DNA of 53,224 nt from Alphaproteobacteria bacterium. Lineage in GTDB: Bacteria > Pseudomonadota > Alphaproteobacteria > UBA2966 > CAIVPW01. Each line of letters starts with the position of its first letter. The stretch's first letter is position 1. The translations under genes and the position numbers were made by a program. This document shows positions 19,578 to 29,249 of the stretch, piece by piece. The DNA lies in assembly GCA_018658465.1 (NCBI GenBank), contig JABHVE010000014.1, positions 1 through 53,224 of the forward strand. Direction: 5' to 3'. The notes below the pieces were generated by a model. It saw only the letters and a program-made list of their open reading frames with translations. It searched no databases and was not told the origin of the DNA.

Positions 19578-20331
19578 CCCGGCCCTGGAAATTATCGGTT
19601 TACACAAGCAATTTGGCGGTGTGGCAGCCAATGATGGGATCGATTTGATCCTTGAGACCGGCGAAATCCACGCGTTAATCGGGCCAAACGGCAGCGGAAA
19701 AACCACGTTAATCAACCAAATAATGGGTATTTTGACACCAAATAGCGGCGAAATACACGTTTTTGGCCAAAATGTCGCCCATCGGCCCATCCATACCCGC
19801 AGCAAAATGGGGGTTGGGCGATCCTGGCAAATCCCCAGCGTATTTCCCGATTTGACCGTTGCCGAAAACGTCGCCTTTGGGGTGCGGGCCGCCCTTGGAT
19901 TGAGCGCTGGGTGGTGGACGAAGGCACTGACCGAGGACGTGACCGATAGAGTCGACAAACTGTTAGGCCAAGCCGGTCTTAGGCAAGTCATGGACGCCCC
20001 AGCCGGGGATCTTTCCCATGCAGATCAGCGAAAACTCGACGTGGCGATCGCCCTGTCGTCAGACCCAATATTGGTGTTGTTGGATGAACCTTTGGCGGGC
20101 CTGGGGGCGGATGAAACCACCCACATGCTGACCTATATTCGAAAAATTCGGGCAAATAGTACGCCCGGACCGAAACGCACCATTGTCCTGATAGAGCACG
20201 ATATGGATGCTGTTTTCGCCCTTAGTGACCGCATATCGGTGCTGGTCGAGGGCAAAATCGTTGCCACAGGAACCCCCCAAGAAATAGGACAAAACCCGAT
20301 TGTCCAACACGCCTATCTGGGGGAAGCGTAA
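19570..20331 (+). CDS. Liv-type ABC ATPase (LivG-like)
   Basis: Walker A GPNGSGKT, LLDEP, IEHDM, C-terminal AYLG. Confidence 0.93.
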   Translation: MSSPALEIIGLHKQFGGVAANDGIDLILETGEIHALIGPNGSGKTTLINQIMGILTPNSGEIHVFGQNVAHRPIHTRSKMGVGRSWQIPSVFPDLTVAENVAFGVRAALGLSAGWWTKALTEDVTDRVDKLLGQAGLRQVMDAPAGDLSHADQRKLDVAIALSSDPILVLLDEPLAGLGADETTHMLTYIRKIRANSTPGPKRTIVLIEHDMDAVFALSDRISVLVEGKIVATGTPQEIGQNPIVQHAYLGEA

Positions 20332-20335
20332 CCCC

Positions 20336-21058
20336 ATGAAGGCCGATCATCCTCCCATGCTGGAGCTTGCCGGGGTGTCTGGCGGTTATGGCAAAACGCA
20401 AATTATCGATCAGATCGACCTGTCCATAGGCGCAGGAGAATTCATATCGTTGCTTGGCCGGAATGGTATGGGCAAGACGACGACTGTACGGGCGATCATG
20501 GGGATAGCGGGATGGGTGCACGGGTCAATATTGCTGAATGGCAGCGAAATTTGCGGAGCGCCCACTCACATCATTGCCCAATCAGGCATTGGCTTGGTGG
20601 CGGAGGGGCGCCGCATCTTCCCGAACCTGACCGTGGCAGAAAACTTGGACGCCTTCGCGGCCAATCCTCATCACCACACCAATCCGTGGACCATGGACCG
20701 GGTTTTCGCCCTGCTGCCAACCCTGGGCGACCGTGTGAAGAGTATGGGAGAGACGCTGTCCGGCGGCGAACAACAAATGTTGGCCATCGGTCGCGCCCTG
20801 ATGACCAACCCCAAGGTGCTGATTTTGGATGAAGCCACGGAAGGGCTGGCCCCCACAGTTCGGACACTGATTTGGCAGATATTGGCCGAGCTCAAAGACC
20901 AGGGGCTGGCAATTCTGGCAATCGACAAACATCTGGGGCCCTTGGGGGCGCTTTCGGACCGCTATGGGATCCTGCACAAAGGCCGGCTGGTTTGGCGGGG
21001 AACACCTTCGGAACTTGGTGACCAGCCCAAGGTGATCGCGAAATACCTAGGGGTCTAA
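20336..21058 (+). CDS. Liv-type ABC ATPase (LivF-like)
   Basis: Motifs GRNGMGKT, LSGGEQQMLAIGRAL, LDEATEGLAP. Confidence 0.93.
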   Translation: MKADHPPMLELAGVSGGYGKTQIIDQIDLSIGAGEFISLLGRNGMGKTTTVRAIMGIAGWVHGSILLNGSEICGAPTHIIAQSGIGLVAEGRRIFPNLTVAENLDAFAANPHHHTNPWTMDRVFALLPTLGDRVKSMGETLSGGEQQMLAIGRALMTNPKVLILDEATEGLAPTVRTLIWQILAELKDQGLAILAIDKHLGPLGALSDRYGILHKGRLVWRGTPSELGDQPKVIAKYLGV

Positions 21059-21079
21059 GCGCGCTAGAACCCGAATGCC

Positions 21080-21847
21080 TTATGGGGCGGGAATTATCAA
21101 AAGTGGAGGTGCAGGTGCGCCCGCTGCCGGGGGATCGGCTGCCGGAACAGCCGGTGGACCCAAATCTTCAAGATTCACCCGAGGCCTCTCCGCTGGTTCT
21201 GGCTCTGGGTCACCTTCTATTTCCGGAGGCGGCTCAGGGATCGCGGTTGGCTTCCAGGCTGCCGTCATGCGCTGAGCTTCGGCCATCTGGGCGGACGACA
21301 ACTGGATTGCCACCCGTTCACGGTTGCTGATTGCCGCTTCTTCCCCTGCCCGTTCGGCCAACGCAAACCAAACGTGGGCCAACACTGGGTCCTCTTCGAC
21401 GCCCTTGCCCAGGATGTAAAGGATTCCCAAATTGTTCTGGGCCTTTGCCATGCCTTGCCACGCTGCCATTTCGTACAGCCTGGCGGCTTCCCTCAAATCC
21501 TGGGTGACCCCGGTTCCGTCCTGGTACATCACGCCTAAGGCATAGCGCGCCTCTGGGTGTCCCCGGGCTGAAGCCTCGCGGAAGTATCCCACCGCGCTGA
21601 TGGGGTCGCGGTCTGTGCCCCGGCCGTACAATTGCAGAATTCCCACCCCGAACTGGGCACGGAAATCCCCGCGCCGCGCCGACAAGGACCATTCTTCCAT
21701 CGCAGTTGTGAAATCGCCCCGCTGATAGGCCTCTAAGCCATCCAAATATCCGGCGAAGGCTGGTCCAGTGCCGGTCACCGCCGCCGCCACGAGGACAACG
21801 GTCGAAGCCACAGCCCTTATGATCCGGATTCGTAATGACATTTTCAA
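21080..21847 (-). CDS. Exported Sel1-repeat protein with Pro-rich tail
   Basis: Signal peptide AFA-G; AQFGVG, ARYALG and AQNNLG Sel1 repeats. Confidence 0.9.
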   Translation of the reverse strand: MKMSLRIRIIRAVASTVVLVAAAVTGTGPAFAGYLDGLEAYQRGDFTTAMEEWSLSARRGDFRAQFGVGILQLYGRGTDRDPISAVGYFREASARGHPEARYALGVMYQDGTGVTQDLREAARLYEMAAWQGMAKAQNNLGILYILGKGVEEDPVLAHVWFALAERAGEEAAISNRERVAIQLSSAQMAEAQRMTAAWKPTAIPEPPPEIEGDPEPEPAERPRVNLEDLGPPAVPAADPPAAGAPAPPLLIIPAP

Positions 21848-21865
21848 ACTCTTTTCCGCCGTCTT

Positions 21866-22483
21866 TCAGTCTCTGGTCCGTCGCCCCGGAAATGCCCGAA
21901 CAGTCGACCCTGTGTCCGCTTGGGGCTCCCCCCACCGTCGCACAAGATCGTGGTCGATGGGGAATAAATCCAGCACCCGACCCACCGTTTGATCGACCAT
22001 TTCGTCGATACTGGCTGGCCATTGGTAGAACGCCGGGACCGGCGGGAAAACAATCGCCCCCATTTCGGACACCGCCGTCATGGATCGCAAATGACCTAAA
22101 TGGACCGGTGTTTCGCGCACCATAAGCACCAACCGTCGGCGTTCTTTCAGCACCACATCCGCGGCCCGTGTCAGCAGGCCGGTAGTCACACCGGTGGCAA
22201 TTTCAGACAGGCTGCGCACGGTGCAGGGGGCCACGAGCATTCCCATTGTCTGGAACGAGCCCGAGGCGATCGCCGCACCGATATCGTCTGGGCTGTACAC
22301 CACATCGGCCAGGGCATGTACGTCAGCAACCTTGCGATCCGATTCCGACGCCAAGGTGATTTCGGCCGGTTTGGTCATCACCAGGTGGGTTTCGATGGGT
22401 GTTTGGGCCAATGCCTCTAGGGCCCGCAGGCCATAGGCAACGCCGGAAGCACCAGTAATTCCAATGATGAGCCTGTCCGTCAT
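21866..22483 (-). CDS. ubiX: Flavin prenyltransferase UbiX
   Basis: Motifs GITGASG, IASGS, TRAADVVLKERR, RETP, PPVPAFY. Start set at ATG 22483. Confidence 0.95.
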   Translation of the reverse strand: MTDRLIIGITGASGVAYGLRALEALAQTPIETHLVMTKPAEITLASESDRKVADVHALADVVYSPDDIGAAIASGSFQTMGMLVAPCTVRSLSEIATGVTTGLLTRAADVVLKERRRLVLMVRETPVHLGHLRSMTAVSEMGAIVFPPVPAFYQWPASIDEMVDQTVGRVLDLFPIDHDLVRRWGEPQADTGSTVRAFPGRRTRD

Positions 22484-22505
22484 ATTCAGCGCCCTTGGCC
22501 TTTGA

Positions 22506-23042
22506 CTAGGTGTACTTCTTGATGGCCTGCTGAAGTGAAGCGACCAGCGCTTGGCCGATTTCGCCGCCGTCGCCAGCAATGCGGTCATTGATAACGGCCC
22601 GCATCAGATCGATGTGGGATTTCACCAGTTCCAACTGGTTGTCGCCAACATCCACTGCGCCAAACGTCATTTCGTTCAGGGATTTACCGAAAATCGAAAT
22701 CAATGGATAGCCAAAGGTACCGCCTTGGCCCTTCAATTCATGGGCAACATTGCCAATCTTTTTCAGGATTTTATGGCGGACGCCTTTGTCATCGCTGGCC
22801 ACCATCGCTTTTTGATCAGCCGTCAATTCCGTCAGGGTCTTCAGCACCCAATCGGGATAATCCTCTTCTGCCTGCTTCATTTCCTTCATGGCCTTTTCCA
22901 AGGCACCCCCCGCCAATTGCGGTGGGCCGTCTTGGGGGCCGGCGCCAGCGGACTTGGCTTTCAGCCTGTTGCGGATGCGGAAATACCGGACCTTGGTTTT
23001 TGGCCGGGTGGACTGTGCTGCGCCGTTTTCAGGAGTCGTCAT
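22506..23042 (-). CDS. Hpt-like histidine phosphotransfer protein
   Basis: AHELKGQGGTFGY motif in an all-helical protein; overlaps the upstream receiver gene. Confidence 0.75.
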   Translation of the reverse strand: MTTPENGAAQSTRPKTKVRYFRIRNRLKAKSAGAGPQDGPPQLAGGALEKAMKEMKQAEEDYPDWVLKTLTELTADQKAMVASDDKGVRHKILKKIGNVAHELKGQGGTFGYPLISIFGKSLNEMTFGAVDVGDNQLELVKSHIDLMRAVINDRIAGDGGEIGQALVASLQQAIKKYT

Positions 23043-23580
23043 GGATTATCTCGATTTCGCTTTCCGGCATGATGCGACGGTTTTTGCCCGGGGGTGCCGC
23101 TGATCGGCGCCTGCGATCGGGTCCAAAATACGTGTCCAACAGCACGAATTGGCGGGGACTGCCCACCACCAACATCAGTCTGGTCAACAATTGGCCCACG
23201 GAATAGGGTTTTGCAACGAATTCTGTCGACCCCAAATCCCGCGCCTCGCCCACCTTTGCCACGTCGCCGTACCCGGACACCATCACGAACGGCATAAACC
23301 GGTTAGGAGATTCTTTTGACCGCCGCACCCATTTCAGCAACATGGCACCATCGATGGGCTCCATCTGCCAATTGGACATCATCAGGTCCACCGAGCTTAC
23401 CCCAGCTTCCGTTGGGTTTTCTTTCACTTTGCGGAGGAATTCGATCGCCTCGCCCCCGTCGGATTTTTCGATAACGTTTCCAACGCCCAAGGCTTGCAGC
23501 AACATGCGTTGCATGCGCCGCATGTAGCCATTGTCTTCCACAATAAGAATGGTCAGCAGGCCGAAGTCATAGGTCGCCAT
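23029..23580 (-). CDS. CheY-like receiver with Arg-rich C-terminal extension (Cle-like c-di-GMP effector)
   Basis: Receiver fold (ILIVED, FVAKPY) plus YFGPDRRRR motif; the phosphoacceptor position reads N (MMSNWQM). Confidence 0.8.
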   Translation of the reverse strand: MATYDFGLLTILIVEDNGYMRRMQRMLLQALGVGNVIEKSDGGEAIEFLRKVKENPTEAGVSSVDLMMSNWQMEPIDGAMLLKWVRRSKESPNRFMPFVMVSGYGDVAKVGEARDLGSTEFVAKPYSVGQLLTRLMLVVGSPRQFVLLDTYFGPDRRRRSAAPPGKNRRIMPESEIEIIHDDS

Positions 23581-23692
23581 AGGTGCGTCCACGTTGCGTT
23601 GAAAGTAAACCTAACCCCATAATAACACACAAGTATTTAAGATATCCACACGGCTAATCCCGCACCGAACATAGGGCCAACAATTCGAGGCG

Positions 23693-26600
23693 CTAGCGAA
23701 CCTCCAATGCGACCAAGCATTTGTCGACCCACAGGGCGGTTAGTTTTTCTTGTACTGAATTCTGCCGTAAACGTTGGCGCAGAGCTGGGAAGTCCACGTG
23801 ATCCAAATTTTGATCCTGATTGAAGCACGAAAACACCGCTGTTCGCTCCCCCGTTTCCGGGTCCAAATGGGGCTGCAGGCATTGGGCACAAATTTCTTTC
23901 ATCATGCACTGCATGGGCGAATTGATTGATGCGATCGCGGCGTGGTCGGGTTTCAGGTACTGGGCCAAAACCGTATGGCGCGCCTGGCCCACAGCCTCCA
24001 TCATGCGATCCGAGCCGATGGTAACAATGCGATCGATGTCGCTCATGGAAATGGCGCCGTCCCCCAAATCCCCTGCCCCATAGGCCTGCATTGCCTGGAC
24101 CACATTGCCGACGAACACTTTGTCCTGGGGCCGATCGGCGGTGAACCCCGGGCCGGTGTCGCAGCACCAAATCAGCACGTCAGAGGCGGCTTCAATTTCC
24201 TCCACCTTGAAGCGATCCTCTGGGGTGCGATAGGCGGCAAAATACAACACCTTGCTGCCCGCCGCCCGCAACGCCCGGCCGATGGAAAACAGCACCGCGT
24301 TGCCAAGACCGCCACCGGCCAACAGCACGGTTTCCCCCGCTGGTGTATCGGTGGGCTCCCCTGTTGGCCCCATCATTACCACCGGCTCTCCCGGCTTCAG
24401 AGCAATGCAAAGGTCCGACGATCCGCCCATTTCCAGGACAATCAGTCCCATTAGGCCTCGGGTCTTATCCACCCAAGCACCGGTCAGGGCGATGCCCTCC
24501 ATGGCCAAGGTCGTGCCATTGATTTTTGGTGCCAAGGTTTCGAAATTCTGCAGACGATAAAACTGCCCCGGCTGGAACTGGGCAACTGCCCGTGGCGCCC
24601 GTACCACCACCTCGACAATGGTGGGGCCCAGGCGATTGACCGCGTGGACCGTGGCCCGCAAGCCATCATGGAGGCCAGCCAGAAAAGCCGCATCGTCGGT
24701 GGAATTGGACGGATCAACCTGATCCAACATCCGCGAGACCACCGGATATCCTTGTTTGGAGCTGGCCAGGGCGCCCACCACGTTGCCGGCAAACGATGGA
24801 TGCAAGTCGCCGAAAAAGCTGATGGCGCGACCATCCGAACGCATTGAACACAGAACCTCGGCCTGATCCGGTTTGCGGGTGCGGTCCGGGGACACGGTTG
24901 ACCCAGTTTCGTCAATCGCCTGAAAAAACCGGCCATCAAGCTGAACGTTGGTCGGATCTTCCCGGGCCAAGACGGTGTTGGGCTGGGTTCCAGCGGCAAT
25001 CAAGACGGCCCGCGCGGGGAGACGCTCGATCGTTCCGGTATCGATCCAATGCCCTTCCCGCTCTTCCCGGGTGTATTGCTGTTTGGCCAAAGTGATGGCC
25101 TCGGCGTGACCATTGTCATCCACTTCCACGGCCACAGGCGTCAGCCCTTCAGCCAAGCGAATGCCTTCTTCGAAGGCCTTGCCGACTTCTTCGTGGTTCA
25201 GGGTGTAGCTGGGGGAATCGATCATGCGCTTGCGATAGGCGATGGTGACCCCACCCCAGCCTTGGACCAGTTCCCTAATTTCCGCCGGTCGGTGTTCCGA
25301 TGCTGCCGCTGTCCGCTCGGCCCGAATGGCCCGGCCATGGGCCAGAAATTCGTCGGCGATTCCCAGCTCTTCCGGATCCCACGCGGCGCGCACGGCATCT
25401 TCGCCGCGATCGGCGCACAAGCCTTCGTATCGGTCCAAGAATTTTTCAACCTGAACCGGGTAATACGCCATGGCCTCGGTGGCGGTATCGATGGCCGTCA
25501 GGCCGCCGCCGATGACCACCACCGGCAACCGCAACTGCATATTGGCAATGGTGTCCGCCCTGGCCGCCCCAGTCAGCTGAAGGGCCATCAGGAAATCACT
25601 GGCGGCGCGCACACCGCGGGCCAGGCCGTTTGGCAACGGCAACACGGTGGGCTTGCCGGCACCGGTGGCCAGGGCCACATGGTCAAACCCGGCGTCAAAG
25701 GCTTGATCGACGGTCAGGGTCCCGCCCAAGCGCACCGCCCCATGCAAGGCGAACTGGCGGCGGCGTTCCAACAACAGGCGAATGACTTTCAAGTAATTTT
25801 TGTTCCAACGCACCGTAATGCCGTATTCGGCGACCCCGCCAAACCCCGCCATGACCCGTTCATCAAGGTTTTCGTACAGGGTCTCAACATCTTCGATTGG
25901 GACAAATGGTACCCGTATTCCGTCCACGCCGATCCCGGAAATCTCCGCCGGCAGCGGCTCAATTTTTAGGCCGTCAACAGCCACCACCGTATGGCCGTCG
26001 TTCATCAGATGGTGGGACAGGGAAAATCCAGCCGGCCCGGTTCCAGCCACCAACACCCGTTTGCCGGTGGCAGCCTTTGGGATTGGCCGATTGAAATCCA
26101 TCGGGCTCCAACGGGTGAGTAGGGAATAGATTTCGAACCCCCACGGCAAAGCCAGCACGTCTTTCAGGGTGCGGGTTTCCACCTCGGGGATATCCACGGG
26201 CTCCTGGCGCTGAAAAATGCAGGCCTTCATGCAATCGTTGCAGATCCGATGGCCGGTGGCAGCCACCATGGGATTGTCAGCCACAATGATCGACAAAGCC
26301 GCCAAAGACAGGCCCTGAGCCTTGGCCGTATGCATTTCGGAAATTTTTTCTTCCAAGGGGCACCCCGACAGGGTGACGCCAAAATGGCTTTTCTTGAACG
26401 GGGCGGCCTGGTCCGGGCTTGTGGGTTTTTCCCGCAGTCCCTTGGAGCACGAGTCCTTGCCCTGATTGTGGCAAAAAATGCAGTAGTTGGCTTGGTCCAA
26501 GGCCTTGTCCAGCCCGCACCCGGTGTCGGTCAGGCCAAAGCCGTTCCGCCGTCGCAATTGATCCCCGGAATAGGCCCAGGCCTCCACGGCGGTGCCTGGG

Positions 26601-27232
26601 GAATCAACGGATCCAACCTTAGCTTCCAGCAGATTTTCCGGGTCAACCTTGCCAGGATTTTTGAACAGAATTCCGTTGCCATGGCGGTCCCGGCCTTGCT
26701 TGGAAAGGGTCGCCCAGGCGGCATATGCAGCGGCCGCCTCCAACCCATCAGTGTGAGCATCTTCGTCGATCTGCCATTCCCCGACCAATCGGGCAAAGGC
26801 AAGCTCGCCCCCCGGGCTGGCAATATTGACCTCTAAATGAGGCGACAGGGTTGCCTCCACCTGGGCCATCGCGTCCGTGGTCAGTTCGTCCAGCTTGCCT
26901 CGGTACTGCTTTACTGCACGACGCTGTACGAACATTCGTTTGCAAACGTACAATGGTGCCAGGGCATGATGTTCCGCCGCCAATGCTGCGGCTTGCGCTT
27001 CAATTCCGAACAGCCGTGCGATAAAATCGTCGACGTGGGGAGCAAGCGCCAAGATAAGATCCGACTCTGCCTTGGTATCAAGGGAGTCAGGGGCTCTACG
27101 GGCGGCGGCCAAAGCCTCGCCAAGTTCTGGATGGGCTTCAGATAACCAGCCAACGAATTCCAGATCGACCTTTTCCAAGCCCGATCGTTCGTATAGATCC
27201 CCGAATTTTAGATCGAAGCCCAGTGAAACCAT
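23693..27232 (-). CDS. Fe-S flavoprotein fusion: GltD/NfnB-like domain plus C-terminal PyrK/NfnA-like domain
   Basis: CIFCHNQGKDSC, GCP, CNDCMKAC; GTGPAG and GGGLTA dinucleotide motifs; C-terminal PGQF, GPTG, GGGLG and MQCMMKEICAQC. Confidence 0.88.
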   Translation of the reverse strand: MVSLGFDLKFGDLYERSGLEKVDLEFVGWLSEAHPELGEALAAARRAPDSLDTKAESDLILALAPHVDDFIARLFGIEAQAAALAAEHHALAPLYVCKRMFVQRRAVKQYRGKLDELTTDAMAQVEATLSPHLEVNIASPGGELAFARLVGEWQIDEDAHTDGLEAAAAYAAWATLSKQGRDRHGNGILFKNPGKVDPENLLEAKVGSVDSPGTAVEAWAYSGDQLRRRNGFGLTDTGCGLDKALDQANYCIFCHNQGKDSCSKGLREKPTSPDQAAPFKKSHFGVTLSGCPLEEKISEMHTAKAQGLSLAALSIIVADNPMVAATGHRICNDCMKACIFQRQEPVDIPEVETRTLKDVLALPWGFEIYSLLTRWSPMDFNRPIPKAATGKRVLVAGTGPAGFSLSHHLMNDGHTVVAVDGLKIEPLPAEISGIGVDGIRVPFVPIEDVETLYENLDERVMAGFGGVAEYGITVRWNKNYLKVIRLLLERRRQFALHGAVRLGGTLTVDQAFDAGFDHVALATGAGKPTVLPLPNGLARGVRAASDFLMALQLTGAARADTIANMQLRLPVVVIGGGLTAIDTATEAMAYYPVQVEKFLDRYEGLCADRGEDAVRAAWDPEELGIADEFLAHGRAIRAERTAAASEHRPAEIRELVQGWGGVTIAYRKRMIDSPSYTLNHEEVGKAFEEGIRLAEGLTPVAVEVDDNGHAEAITLAKQQYTREEREGHWIDTGTIERLPARAVLIAAGTQPNTVLAREDPTNVQLDGRFFQAIDETGSTVSPDRTRKPDQAEVLCSMRSDGRAISFFGDLHPSFAGNVVGALASSKQGYPVVSRMLDQVDPSNSTDDAAFLAGLHDGLRATVHAVNRLGPTIVEVVVRAPRAVAQFQPGQFYRLQNFETLAPKINGTTLAMEGIALTGAWVDKTRGLMGLIVLEMGGSSDLCIALKPGEPVVMMGPTGEPTDTPAGETVLLAGGGLGNAVLFSIGRALRAAGSKVLYFAAYRTPEDRFKVEEIEAASDVLIWCCDTGPGFTADRPQDKVFVGNVVQAMQAYGAGDLGDGAISMSDIDRIVTIGSDRMMEAVGQARHTVLAQYLKPDHAAIASINSPMQCMMKEICAQCLQPHLDPETGERTAVFSCFNQDQNLDHVDFPALRQRLRQNSVQEKLTALWVDKCLVALEVR

Positions 27233-27314
27233 GTGCCTTTGACTCGGTGCCCGCCCCGCAACGCTGGGAGGCTCCACAAATAAATGAATGAACTGGACGG
27301 TTCAGGTACAGGAG

Positions 27315-28160
27315 TTAGTCGAGCCTGACAACCAACTGTTCCCGAGCGACAAAGGTCCCGTTCCAGACTTGCCGCGCTTCCGCTTCCACATCGGCCATAA
27401 AGGAATCCACATGGGCCGGATCATGGTGGAAGATTGCCATCTGTTTCACATTGGCGGCTTGGCACAGGCGCACACCTTCTTGCCAAGTGGAATGGCCCCA
27501 ACCGACAAAGTCTGGGAATTCGGCATCGGTGTAGGTGCTGTCGTAAATCACCAGATCTGCGCCCTCGATCAACCCCAAGATGGCTTCGTCGGGTTTGTCG
27601 GGCCGATGTTCCGTATCGGTTACGTAACAAATGGAAATTCCGCCCTTTTTGACGCGATATCCAGTGGCCCCTGCTGGGTGATTAAGCTTTGCAGTTTTGA
27701 CATTGATGCCCTTGCCCACGACAAAATCGGCACCGCCACCTTCGAAGTCGATGAAATTTTTTGTGGCACCCATCAATTCCAGAGGTACCGGGAACAAGGG
27801 CTGATCCAGGTGATCTGCCAGGATCCGTTCAATGCCACCCTTGTCTTGTAGATGGCCACAATAAATGTTCATTGACCGGTCCTTGCGAAAAACCGGGGCG
27901 AAAAATGGAAACCCGTTGATGTGATCCCAATGGGTGTGGGACAGCAGAATGTTGGAATGTTTTGCACCCTCACGAATGCATTCGGCACCCAGATTGTGAA
28001 TCCCGGTGCCGCAGTCGAAGATCAATTTGTCTTCGTCGGGAAACACCACCTCAACACAACTGGTGTTGCCACCGTATCCAAGATGCTGCGGGGACGGGCA
28101 AGCGATGCTGCCTCGTACCCCCCAAAACTTTACTGACGCGGTCATATGATCAGAATCCAT
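27315..28160 (-). CDS. MBL-fold metallohydrolase (RNase Z/phosphodiesterase-like)
   Basis: Motifs WGVRGS, GGNTSC, SHTHWDH, DTEH, WGHST, FHHDP. Confidence 0.92.
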   Translation of the reverse strand: MDSDHMTASVKFWGVRGSIACPSPQHLGYGGNTSCVEVVFPDEDKLIFDCGTGIHNLGAECIREGAKHSNILLSHTHWDHINGFPFFAPVFRKDRSMNIYCGHLQDKGGIERILADHLDQPLFPVPLELMGATKNFIDFEGGGADFVVGKGINVKTAKLNHPAGATGYRVKKGGISICYVTDTEHRPDKPDEAILGLIEGADLVIYDSTYTDAEFPDFVGWGHSTWQEGVRLCQAANVKQMAIFHHDPAHVDSFMADVEAEARQVWNGTFVAREQLVVRLD

Positions 28161-28316
28161 TCCAATTGCCGGACGGCCCGCAATCCACCACCGACTGGCG
28201 AGCCGAAATTACTTCTATCCCGGCAATTCCCAAAAGCATGTGATTCAACATAGTGGATAGAATGTAAACAACATAGGCTGCCCGCTAAACTCGACAACCC
28301 CCAAGAACAGAACAAC

Positions 28317-28334
28317 CTGTGACCGCCGTCACAG
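28317..28334. promoter_or_regulatory. CRP-family consensus box TGTGA-N6-TCACA (alternatively a short terminator stem)
   Basis: CTGTGACCGCCGTCACAG in the intergenic region upstream of the MBL hydrolase. Confidence 0.5.
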
Positions 28335-28354
28335 ACAAAACTAACCTAAAGTCC

Positions 28355-28600
28355 TCAGGCCAATTCCCGGTGACGGACATTTTCCGCCACGGCCTTGCCG
28401 CTGTCTGTGAGCTTGCACACCGTCCAATCAGGTTTCAGCGGATTGCGGAACCAGGGCGTCGCCCAGCCGGCGCGAATACACGCCCGCACCGTTTGCTCAG
28501 CCACCCTTTGACCCTGGCGGTCAAAAATGGGCAGCTTTCCCCCGGCCTGGTCTAGGCCTCGTTGCAGATATCGACGCTGAGCTTGGGTTGGTGATGCCAT
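28355..28600 (-). CDS. Small hypothetical protein (81 aa), possibly winged-helix-like
   Basis: Clean ORF with GGKLPIFD, GWATPWF-x-NP and CKLTDSG; co-oriented with its neighbours. Confidence 0.75.
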   Translation of the reverse strand: MASPTQAQRRYLQRGLDQAGGKLPIFDRQGQRVAEQTVRACIRAGWATPWFRNPLKPDWTVCKLTDSGKAVAENVRHRELA

Positions 28601-28629
28601 AACAATTTCAAAGCGCGACCCGGCGCGCT

Positions 28630-28995
28630 CTATGAATCCCCGTTGGAGGCTTCGGTCATGTTGCGCAAACGTCGGGTCAGCACCCGCACCATAGACCGCA
28701 CAAATGGATCGGATTTTTCCAGGCGTTTGGCGAATTCGATCGCGGTAATGACCACGACGGTGGTGGGTTGTTTGGCTTCTGCGGTGGCCGATCTGGGTTG
28801 GGCATCCACTAACGCCATCTCCCCAAGCAAATCACCAGCAGAAAGGGTCCCGACCACGGTGGCCTCTTCACCCTCGCCGACAACGATGTTCACCGATCCG
28901 GCCTGTATCAAATAGGCCGCCCGGGGGGGTTCACCCTTTTTGAAGATGACCTCGCCAGTGGAAAACGACTGGCGCTCCAATACATCTTTTGCCAA
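28630..28995 (-). CDS. Stand-alone cyclic nucleotide-binding domain protein
   Basis: GEVIFKKG, AYLIQAG and phosphate-binding cassette GEMALVDAQPRSATA; no HTH. TTG start is inferred. Confidence 0.88.
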   Translation of the reverse strand: MAKDVLERQSFSTGEVIFKKGEPPRAAYLIQAGSVNIVVGEGEEATVVGTLSAGDLLGEMALVDAQPRSATAEAKQPTTVVVITAIEFAKRLEKSDPFVRSMVRVLTRRLRNMTEASNGDS

Positions 28996-29249
28996 AGCTT
29001 TCTCCCAACTTCGCCGACATCCCAACCAAACAACAGCCAGCGACGTCCACCCCGCCCAGGGTGATCCGCAGCCACAGGATACTGAATTCCGGGGCCGGTG
29101 TCGTCACCAACTGTTACCGGGCAAAAACTTGTCGGTTTGAAGATGCCCATTACTTGATGATAGGAAGGTCGCGTGCATATCAAATTTCGACACCCCTAAT
29201 CCACCGTCGTCACCCTGTTTCGGCAGGACCCAAAGGAACCCAAACCCCA

